Shown here: piece after piece, positions 12,033 to 21,700 of the stretch
Position numbering within the stretch: position 1 is the first letter of the stretch
Layout of the letters: each line of letters starts with the position of its first letter
Assembly (NCBI GenBank): GCA_001724265.1
Contig: MEDY01000237.1
Span: forward strand, 62,001 to 89,270
Origin: Rhizaria sp. SCN 62-66
Lineage: Eukaryota
Reading direction: 5' to 3'
DNA: 27,270 nt
Notes under the pieces: generated by a model
The model's input: only the letters and a program-made list of their open reading frames with translations
Databases searched by the model: none
Told to the model about the DNA's origin: nothing
Made by a program: the position numbers and the translations under genes

Positions 12033-12919
12033 CGCTTGCAACGGGAAACTGTGATTCCAAGACCTGTGTGTAGAGAGCGAAGAGCGCGACAAGCATAGGT
12101 ATTATTTGAATTAATGTTAGATTGCTTATTGGCTAATTTGAATATTTGAAATTTAATCGCAGTGACAATGGCATGGCCTTTTTCCAGGTGGTGGAAGATC
12201 GCCTCCTCTTCTCAGCTCCCAGCTTGCCATGCCAAACGGCTCGATTCGTGGGGGTCCTTGGTCACGGCTGCGACAGAATATCAAAGACTTAAATATGCAA
12301 CAAAGTCTATATTTGTTGTATTTTTCATGTCTATTTTAAGAGAAAATTTAACATATTTTAACCACGCGTCTATATCAACATGTTTCATTGATATAGTGAT
12401 ACTTTCAATCGCTCTGCAGTGAGTGACAAACGTTATTGCAAACAGCAATCAACCAAGAGGCGTAAACAAGATAAAACTGGCATAAACAAGATAAAACTCA
12501 ACAAGAAAAAGTGAAAAAGTATATGTGTATTATAGGTGACCTTTTTACATGAAAAACTAGAAGTAATACGTGGTTTTTTGTGTTGTGCGACCGCATCATG
12601 ATACGGTGTCGCATTTGTGTTTTGGGTAATCAATGAGGCATTTGTACGTTAGAGCTTTGTAGGTTTGTTGTTGGCGCTGTTGTCGACGTCACAGAGTGGG
12701 GATTTATCCACTCTGCCGTCGCGCTTGCCTCGACTTTGTGATTGATTGTTGTCATATTTGAGCCTGTTTTGTTACCATTAAGGTTACAAGTTGGTAGTCG
12801 ATGTTGTGACAAGTTGACTGACGCGCATTAAGACCACGACAACAGAAAAAATACGTCAAGTATTCCCTGTCACACGTGTTCTAGAGTCACGCGTTCTTCT
12901 CGCCATAACAATCTCCTCC

Positions 12920-13435
12920 TTAGAAGTAGTTGACATGCTCGTCGGCTGCGATGGCCTGGCACTTAACGACCTCGACCTGCTTGTGGTTCGGGGGCAGGGG
13001 GCGGAAGAAGCGGCACGCAATGAACTCGGCCTCGGGCGCAGAGTTCGTGGTGGCGATCTTGACGAAGAAGTTGGTGCCGGCAACGACCTGGGCGCGGTAC
13101 TCGACGGGGGCCAGCGCGGCGGCGGCAGAGACGCCGAGCACACCAGTCAGAGAGAGGATCTGAGGGGTGGCGCCGGCGACGATGTCCTCCACGACGGGGT
13201 CCGCGGGGCGGATGTCGGAGGCACCGCCAGGGAGGGGAACCTGTGGTGCGGAGCGAGAGGGAGAACAAGAGTGATCAAGGGTGAGTCAAGTGGAGTCAAG
13301 GCGACGTAGGCAAGTGAGAAGACTGGGGGAAGTTGATATTGGGAAGAACAAAGAGAGAAGGAAACGTACGAAGCCCATAGCGGATGCGAGGACGCAAGCC
13401 AGGAGGACAAGGACGGCAACGGAAGTGAAGCGCAT
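12920..13435 (-). CDS. Cystatin (stefin/type-1-like cysteine protease inhibitor) with N-terminal signal peptide, 128 aa; exons 13435-13370 and 13240-12920
   Basis: Spliced product MRFTSVAVLVLLACVLASAMGF|VPLPGGASDIRPADPVVEDIVAGATPQI...EYRAQVVAGTNFFVKI...FIACRFFRPLPPNHKQVEVVKCQAIAADEHVNYF*. It has the N-terminal PGG, the QVVAG inhibitory loop, a stefin-like LP second loop and a C-terminal DE..xYF. Stop is TAA. Confidence 0.92.
13241..13369 (-). other. Spliceosomal GT-AG intron (129 nt, phase 0) in the cystatin gene
   Basis: Donor TTC|GTACGT, pyrimidine-rich body with an in-frame TGA (13286-13288), CTCAC/TTGAC branch-like motifs, acceptor CACCACAG|GTT. Splicing joins the signal peptide to the cystatin domain in frame. 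Confidence 0.9.
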
Positions 13436-14395
13436 TTGGAGCTGGGGGAAACTGTAGTGGTGGAAAGGGGAAAAAGGGAGGCACGTGGACAGAGGAGGGT
13501 GGAACGACGTTAGAATGGCACTTTGTCGAATGGCATAGACGCGTTTAAATGTGTAAAAGTGGAACAAAAACATTGAATTTGTGACCAAAAGACAGCAATA
13601 AAGCGCTTGTAAAAGTGCTGGAGTTCATGAAGGAAAATAAGAGGCCCTGAAAGGGAGCGATGTGAGTGAAACCGGATACCTCGTGGCCTCTCCTCGTCTC
13701 GTTCAAAACGGACACTTTCCAGAAGCACACAGCAGCACTCTTGCATAAGTAAGAGCAAATCGTAATCAACACCGAGTTTTACGTTTCTATGCATCAGTTT
13801 TAATCGCACAGACCCACGCACAAGCCTCCTTTAAGACTAGCTCATCTCCCCCCATAGCTTTGGCACCGACCAGCCAGCTGGTAGGTGGACGCTCCACGAC
13901 ATGGTCGAAAACGCGTTTGTGGTCATACGTGAAAAGTGAGATAAACGCATGCAGAACGAAGTGGTTGAAGAATAATTTGTTGTTTTTATTTGAAATAATG
14001 ATAATATCTTTTGCATATCGGCAAAACGACACATGTGTGTGCCCCTTTATCTATCTATATAGCTTTTCAACAGGGCAAAAATCTTACTTAAGTTCATGTG
14101 TTTGCAGTCATCTAATGACTTTGGGTTCTGATTCCGGTTTGTACGCAATTATAACTCACTGCTAGGAATGAAACAGCCGCTGAAATAAATAAATAGGTAA
14201 TCAGTCAAAGCTATCAGCCACTCCTAGGGTTCTCTTGTTTCCTCCAACCTCCCACTCATCGTTATCGTGTTTCGCACTCGCACGCACTCAAAGCTCTTCG
14301 CTCTTAGCTCTTAGCTCTGAGAGCTCGCCGCATACTCGCGCATCGCTGTCATGCCTGTATGCCTGCGCGCAGATCCGTCGCTTAGGATCGTTTGC

Positions 14396-15151
14396 TTAGG
14401 AGCGGGGCGCGACGGCGCAGACCTGGGCAGGGCGCAGCACGCGGTCCTGGATCATGTAGCCGTCCTTGATGATGAACGAGATGGTGCCAGGCTCCTGGTT
14501 GGGGTCGGGCAGCTGCGCCGTGACGTCGTGGAGGTTGGGGTCGACCTTCTGGCCGAGCGACTCGTACTTAGCCACGCCCTGGCCGGCGAGGACCTTGGCG
14601 AATGTCGCCTGGGTCATCGTGATGCCCTCGAGCATGTTGCGCAGGGGCTCGTTGTCAGCGTTGGCGGCCAGCTGCTTGTTGCCGGCGCCGATGGCCATGT
14701 CGACGGTGTCGGCGACGTCGAGCAGCGCCTTGCAGAAGGACGAGATGCCGAACTTCTTGGCGGAGGCGACGTCCTTAGCCGTGCGCTCGCGGATCGCGTC
14801 CTGCTCGGCCACCTCGGCCACCACGCGGTCCTGCAGCTCCTTGACCTTGGACTGCACCTCGCGGGTGCCCAGCTCGGCCTTGGCCAGCGCAGCCTTAAGC
14901 GTGTCGACCTGCTTCGACAGCTCCGCGGTGCGGGCCGCCGCGGCGGCAGTCGCGGCGCGCTCCGTATCGAGCAGGGCCTCGAGCGACTCGACAGTCACCT
15001 CCTGCACGGCCTCCTTGTCCGCGGGCGCGGCCGTGGTGAAGCGGCGCAGGGTCACGGAGCGGGAAGAGAAGAGCGACGAGGTGGACGCGGCCGAGGAGGA
15101 GACGCGGGAGATGGCGCCGGCCGTGCGGGTGAAGGTGGAGAATGCACGCAT
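14396..15151 (-). CDS. grpE: Mitochondrial GrpE (Mge1) Hsp70 nucleotide-exchange factor, 251 aa, intronless
   Basis: GrpE motifs: IRERTAKDVASAKKFGISSFCKALLDVAD, MLEGITMT, SLGQKVDPNLHD, PGTISFIIKDGYMIQDRVLRPAQVCAV. The Ser/Arg/Thr-rich, acid-free N-terminus (MRAFSTFTRT...LRRF) looks like a mitochondrial presequence. ATG 15151, TAA 14396-14398. Confidence 0.95.
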   Translation of the reverse strand: MRAFSTFTRTAGAISRVSSSAASTSSLFSSRSVTLRRFTTAAPADKEAVQEVTVESLEALLDTERAATAAAAARTAELSKQVDTLKAALAKAELGTREVQSKVKELQDRVVAEVAEQDAIRERTAKDVASAKKFGISSFCKALLDVADTVDMAIGAGNKQLAANADNEPLRNMLEGITMTQATFAKVLAGQGVAKYESLGQKVDPNLHDVTAQLPDPNQEPGTISFIIKDGYMIQDRVLRPAQVCAVAPRS

Positions 15152-15754
15152 TATCGAGACTGAGTAGGGGCGGTGCGACAACAAATGAAAGAGACATAAA
15201 TATATTTAGTTGTTGTGAGCAAGCTTGTGAAGAGAAAATGTGTCTATAAGCAAATTAAAAGATAGAACGGGGGCGATTTCGAGGTCTCGGAGCACCGACT
15301 CGAGTGAAGAAATGACGTGGTCACGGCAATTGAACACAGAAGTGCATTATGGCTCCATTCAGACTCAACAGTAAATCATAGTGAAGATAACCCATAAAGA
15401 TACGCTGCGGTATCAATAACAACAACAACCGCAACGTTTCTATGCTGCATCTGGCCTACGGACTTTGGACCTGTTTCGCTTCTCTGTCCGCTCCGACTCC
15501 ACTCCGGTGACCGTGTCGCACCGTTTCCACCACAAATTATTCGTTCGATTGGAACAAACTCAAGAAAAGTGATGCTGCTACCGCTGATCCAAAAAGACAA
15601 AGCATGGGGAAATTTCACAAAAGCTTTGACCAGTGGCATTAAATGTTGTTGGGGTGTATTAATATTAAGTACTACGTAAGCTGTGAGAATTAGTTCATAT
15701 TTTCAATAAAGTTGATTTTCATTCACGCGCGAGTATATCCCGCATATCTCTGTT

Positions 15755-18700
15755 TTAAAGAGCGGCGAAGGGTGTCTTGACAAGCGTATCCGTGCCCTTT
15801 GCGGAGCGGGCGAGCGTCTTAAGGAATCCCAGCGCAAGCAGCGACTGCGCAGCGCGCTCAAACCGGGCCTGGATCGGCACGCTGTTGAGCAGTTCGCGGA
15901 TTTGGGGCGTCATACGGAGCATCTTACCGCCTCCAGCGCAGGAGCGACGAGGCTTGCGACCACGGCGCTTCCGCACGCTACTGGTCTCTCCCTCCTCTTC
16001 CTCCTGCTCCTCCTCCTCTTCTCCGTCGTCGTCGTCGTCGTTGCTGTCATTGTTGTCGTCGTTACCGTCTGTGTCGGACATCGCGCGGCGCTTAGCCCCG
16101 CCCTTGCGCTTCGACTTGGCAGCTTTACCAGATGACTCTGCATCATCATCGTCGTCGGCATCGTCAGAGTCAGGATCGTCGAGGTCGTCTTGGTCAACAA
16201 ACTCGACTTCAACCCCCGCCGCGGCGCACGCAAATGCAAGGAACCACTCTCCAGCCTTGACGACACTGTCACTGCCCTCCAGAAGCCCCGCGGCAAGTGT
16301 GATATCGTCGCTGCCGCGGCCGAGACTCGCGCCCGCGCCCGCCGCCGCCGCCGCAGCAGCCGCCGCAGCCGCGGGGCCGCCACGGAAAGGCGCGCCCGAG
16401 AGCAGAACGCTGTTCTGCTGCAGACCGCCGCCGTGGGAGCTTGTGAGCGTCGTAGCGGTGGCGGCGACGACTGCGGCGAGCGCGGCCGTGCCCTTTGAGC
16501 GGAGGAAGTTTAGCCGCATGTGCGATGGCACCGCGTCGGCGCCGGCGGCCCAGTACGCTGCAACAGGGGGCGCAAGCGCGTCGACCGAGGCCGCGTCAAG
16601 GCCCCAGAGACGGGGTGGGGCGCCCACCGCGGGCGCGGAGGAGCTCCGGGCATCTGAGTGGCCGTGAGCCGGAGCCTGGGAGTGACTGGGCTGGGGCGGA
16701 ATGAGGGCGACGGAAGGCGGCAGCAGCATGTGAGGCAGCGGTTTGGTATCGCAACGCTGCTGTTGCTGCTTGAGCTTGAGCCTCTGCTGCTTCTTCTGCT
16801 GCTGTTGAGCCTTCGGGGTCGTCCCAGTGCGCTTGCCATGAGCACTGTCGTTGTCACTGTCACCGTCACCAATCACGACGCTGGCGTCCGAGCCACCGCG
16901 TGCGCTACTGTTACTGTTACTGTTGCCGTTGATACTCTCGGTTGCGCCAGTGGCGGCAGCCCAGAGCCCGACAGCCCGGAGTCCGGCCCAGGCCCCCACG
17001 CTGCCCTCCGCGTCGACTACGCCCGCAGCAGAGCCACTGGAGGCGCTGGCGTTCGAGGCGGCGCGGACTTGCGCGGCCGCCTGCTCGGCCGTGACCGCCG
17101 CCGCCTCTGCCGCGAGATAGAACCCGCCCGCGGCGGCCCCGGCGACGGCGGCGCGCGCGTCCGCGGCCGGCTCGGCTAACCCAGCGGCCGAGGCGACGGC
17201 CTCGAGGTCGCCGGGGGCGGCTCCGGCGAGTTGGGCCTCGTGCAAGGGCAGGCTGGACAGAGGAGTGCCAGCCCAGGGCAGGAGGGTGCAGAGCGCGCGG
17301 AGACAGCGCTGGCGCAGGGTATGCTCGTCGGGAGCGATGAACACAGAGCTGGGGTCGGTGCTATCGCAATTGTCGGCGCTCGCACTCGCATTCGCACTGT
17401 TATCACCCATGCTATTGTTGTTCGTGCTGTTCGAGAATCTGAGCGCGGTTGCCGCGGCGGGCCGTTGCGGCTGCGCCTGTGAGCGCGAGGCAGAGTACCG
17501 GTGGCTTGCGCGCGAGGGAGAGACGGGCGGTGTCTTGTACTCGACGCCGTCAGCGCCACCGTTGGAGTCGCCAACGTTGTCGCCGGTGTCGTCGTCATCG
17601 TCACACATCGCTTTACCGGCATTTGCACCTGCAACGGCTGCAGCGGCGGCTTGCGCCTTTGCGATCATGCGTTGAGCCACGGCCTCCTCCTCAGCGTCAG
17701 CTTCGGCAGCAGCAGCCGCAGCAGCCGCAGCCTCCGCCCCAGCGCCAGCACCAGCTACTTTCGCAGCAGTCGCGGCGGCAAGAGGGCCCTGGATGTACGC
17801 AACGACCTCCTCGGACGCGGTCTTGACTGCGGCGGCGGCGACGCCAAGCGTGCCGACGTACACGACGCCGCCGCAGCGCGGGGATGGCAGCGCGGCGCGC
17901 GCGGCGACGGCGAGCGCGGAGGCCAGTTCGTCAAGGCTCGAGCTGAGAGAGAGCAGAGATACGGTCGATGTCACTGTGAGCAAGTGACTGAAGCCTAAAG
18001 TTAGTGCGGGGGACAGAGAAGCAGCGGCCTCAGCCTCTGCAGCAGCGATGGCCGTTGAGACACAATTCGAATCGGCACTTGCGCGTGCACTCGCGCTCGC
18101 TGCAGCGTCACAGCTGGTGCTGATCTCAGCGCTGGAAACAGGAGCAGATGCAAGGGCCGCGGCAGCAGCACCGCGACCGCCCCGCCGAGACGGCGACTCA
18201 TAACTTGCATTCAACGACACAGAAACAGAAGTGCTAGAGGCCCCAATATTGCTCGCACTGTATGCGCTCGCGTTCGAGCTACTCGGCGTGCCAGGAGCGC
18301 TCTTCTGTGGTTGATGTTGTCGCTGTGCGACCATGCGCGCCGCAGCCTCCGCGGACCCCGCGACGGGCATGTACGTCAGCATCTGCCGCGCCACCGCGGC
18401 CTGCTGCTGCGTCTCCCGCACGAACGTCCCCGCGGTGGCGCCGGAAGGCAGCGCGAAGAGCAGCGCGAGCACGGTCGGCGGAAGCGACGCGAAGCGCGGC
18501 GCGAGGTGCGACAGGAACGCGGTCAACACGGGCAGCAACAGCGGCCGCGCCAGCAACGCCAGGTCCCAGTCGCGCAGCAGCAGCGACAGGCGGTGCAGGG
18601 CCGCGCGCGGGAGAGGCCACGGCAGCGGGGCAAACGCCGGGTCTTCAGACTGCGCCCCTGCAACAGTGGGCGACTGGGAGCAGGCGAGTGCGGAGAGCCG

Positions 18701-21700
18701 GCCCGTGAGGACCCACCGGCGCAGCGCGGGCGCGACGGACGGCAGCGCGAGCAGCGCGGAGACGTCGGCGCGCGAGAGCGATAGGCACAGCGCGGTGAGC
18801 TGCGGCGGCGGCGCGGGCGCGGAGCGGGGGACCGTGGTCTGGCCCAGCTGCAACAGGAAGACCTGCGACTGCGGCCGTGAAATGGTCTTGGCAGCTGCAG
18901 AAGTCGTGCTTGCGCTGTTGGCTGCTGATTGAAGAGGGGCAGTGCTGCTGGTCGGCAGTAAGACGTCCGAAGCCACGTTAGCAGTGGTCGCAGGTGACGC
19001 GGTAGCAGAAGCGCGACCGCGGCTGCGGGCACCGCCTCGGCCGCGCGCAGCAGCAGCACGAGGACTCGCATCTGCGTTAACGATCCTGTTGTTGTTCGCT
19101 GCGGTCTCAGTTCCGGGCTCAGCCTTGACAATAATATCGTCATTCATACTGCTGTTCAATTGAACATTCGAGCTCATACGATTACTGCTGTTAGCAAAAG
19201 ATGATAGCGCATAACCAAGGCCACTCATTGTCATCTTCGCGGCCACTACTGCGTTCTCAGCATCCCGCCCCACGGGATCCACGCACGCGATAGGTCCCCG
19301 CCTCTTCACTATGGCCGGAGCCGGCAGCGCAGTGGCGAGCACCCACGTCGGTCCCCGCGCGCGCACGTGATGCAGCATGTACGCCGCGCGGACAACGCGC
19401 CATGCGAGCGCGTCACCGCCAGCGGCCGCAGCGGCAGCCAGCCCACCGCCAACGCTGGCATTCGCTCCGGAGCCTGCGGCAGAGCCAGCGGCGCCACCAG
19501 CGCTGCCATTGCCCACGCTGTTGGGGGCTGCATGTGCGCCTGACGCCATGGCTTCGAGCGCAAGCTGTGCAATGCGGGGGTCCAGAGTGAGGCCGCTGGG
19601 GAAGAGGGCCGCATGAAGAGCGAGCGAGGCGATGCCCGGCGCGGTGGAGTCGGAGTGCCAGACCGTGGGGGCGGCAGGGGGAAGCATGTGCAGAGAACGG
19701 CAGAGGAAGGCGTTGGCGCCGGTCTCAGAGCCAGAGGCAGAGCCAGTGGCAGAGTTGGGGCCGGCGGAGTTCGCGCCGAAGTGGGCGACGGAGAGGAGCG
19801 CAGAGGCGGAGGCAGAAGCAGCGGCAGTGATTGCAGCAGCCGTGCTGCTCTCGGAGTTGTTCTCGATCGGATTAGATGCTATCATAACAACGGCAGCGGA
19901 AGCAGAAGCAGAGCTAGTGGTATCAGCATCAGAAGCCGACTTAAACTCAGAATCTGTGATCGCGATATTCTTGCTAGCAATGGTACCAGTCGCAATGCTA
20001 CTGCTGCTGTGGGTGAGTGTCAGCTGTGGCTGCTGCTGTTGAAGTTGTTGCTGCTGCTGCGGTTGCTGTTGCGAAGCCGGTGTGACCTGTGTGAAGCTGC
20101 ACAGACTCACCACATCCGGCGGCAACACCACGTGCACCGCGCCGGCACTCATCCCCACGATCGCTGCGGCGACCGTAGGGACGCGCGACACCACTGTGCC
20201 CGACGCCCAGTACCGCAGGAAACCGCCGAAGACGGGCCCCGCCGCGGCTTCGGCGTCAGCGACCACCAGCGCCAGCTGTGGCATCGTGGCGGCGGCCAAC
20301 GGTACCGGCGCCGGCGCCGGCAGCAGTGGGTACAACGGCCGCAGCGCGGCACCACGGACCAGCGCGCGCGCGTGCGCGTTGACGCAGTGGCGCGCAAGCG
20401 AGAGCAGCAGGCGGGCGCGCGCGCGGTGCCAGCGCTGCGCGTACACCCAGTGCTCGGTGAAGTACCGGAAAAAACCCAGCTCCAAGTCGGCGGCGGTGCC
20501 GCGGCCGCAGAGCGCGACGCAGACGCGGGCGATCGCGGCCGCAGCATGGTTTTGTGGCTGCAGCGCGAGTAGCAGCGCGGTGTCGGGCAGCGCGCGGGGC
20601 AGGGCAGTAACGGGGCGTGCAGTGGTGATCGCGATCGTGCTCTTGCGGGTCGCTTCGTCGATCTCGTCGCTGTCGGTGTCAGTGCCGGAGTCCTCACACT
20701 TGACGCCTCCGCGAGCAGTGGCGCTGTCGGCGTTGGGGCTCGCACTCGCGTCTTCGTCGTCGTCAGAGTCAGCCATGACTGCGGGCGAGCGAGCGCCGCC
20801 GCGGGCGTTTGCCCGCCTCTTGGTGGGAGTGCGCGAACTCTCATCATCATCGTCATCATCGTCGTCATCATCGTCGTCGTCGTTATCGACACGCTTCTTG
20901 CCGGATTCAGACTTAATATTCTTGTTTCTCGCATTCCCGCCATCATCATCAGCAGCATCATCAACATCGTCATCATCATCGCCAATGTAGCTCAGACCAT
21001 CACCGTGAGCACCGTCAGTGCCTGAGCTCGCGTTCGCAAGCAGAGCGGCAATTCCCCTGCCCGCCGTGTTTCCGGCCCCGCCCAGATTCAGCGCCAGCGC
21101 CGCCGCGGTCCGCGCGTTGCTCCCGTCGGCCTTGCCGTCGGCGACCAGCCCGCGCACGGCGTCCTGCAGCGCCGACAGCAGCGCGCGCGCGGCGCTGAGC
21201 CCGCCGTCCGAGTCGCCGAAGACGGCGGTGAACACCTCGCCCTCCCACTCCTCGATGCGACTCGCAGTCGTGCTTGCGCTTACACTTGCATTCGCACTCG
21301 CAGCATTCGCGTTCGTGTTGACGTTGCCGGGCGTGTGACCGGCGAGGAAGAGCTCGTCCTCGAGCGCAATACGACGCATGCGCGCGTACTCGCTGAACAG
21401 ATCCAGGTGCGGCCGCCCCAGCGCGCGCCGCTGCAGCTTGTGTCGGAGCGTCGCAATCGCGCGCTTGAGCTTGGGCGTCAGCCGGAACGCGGCGACCTCG
21501 AGCAGCACGGCGCGCGTGGCGGCGGCGTGCAGCGCGGCGCAGAGATCGGAGTCGCGCCGCGCCGCCGCCAGCGCTTCGCGGAAGGAATCCGCCGCGACCG
21601 TGAGCGCACGCGATGACACGCGGCGCAGGATGTCGGTGGCGTCGGCCGCGGTCGTCTGGTCCGTCACGGCAGGCGGCAGCGACGGGCGCGAGGCGCGGGG

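Noticed and set aside
9057-12092. 1011-aa and 2043-aa ORFs as two separate genes
   Set aside because: Same frame, 6 nt apart, no ATG or AT-rich spacer; one gene with an internal TAG is more parsimonious.
12157-12273. Assignment to U5 snRNA, TPP riboswitch, HDV ribozyme or 5S rRNA
   Set aside because: Only fragments match: GCCTTTTTC differs from the U5 loop GCCUUUUAC and lacks a proper stem and Sm site; CTGAGA/ACCTG lacks the TPP P4/P5 3' strand; HDV pseudoknot order is not satisfied; no 5S similarity.
12557-12613. Helitron 3' end (hairpin followed by CTAG on the - strand)
   Set aside because: The hairpin-to-CTAG distance (~26 nt) is longer than typical and there is no other transposon evidence.
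13510-14165. Small ORFs in AT-rich spacers (also 12162-12812 and 15376-15639)
   Set aside because: They lack the GC-rich codon usage of the real genes and show no recognisable motifs.
14292-14326. Short GCTCTTA-like heptamer tandem repeat downstream of GrpE
   Set aside because: About four imperfect copies; an ordinary slippage repeat in a 3' UTR, not CRISPR or telomeric.
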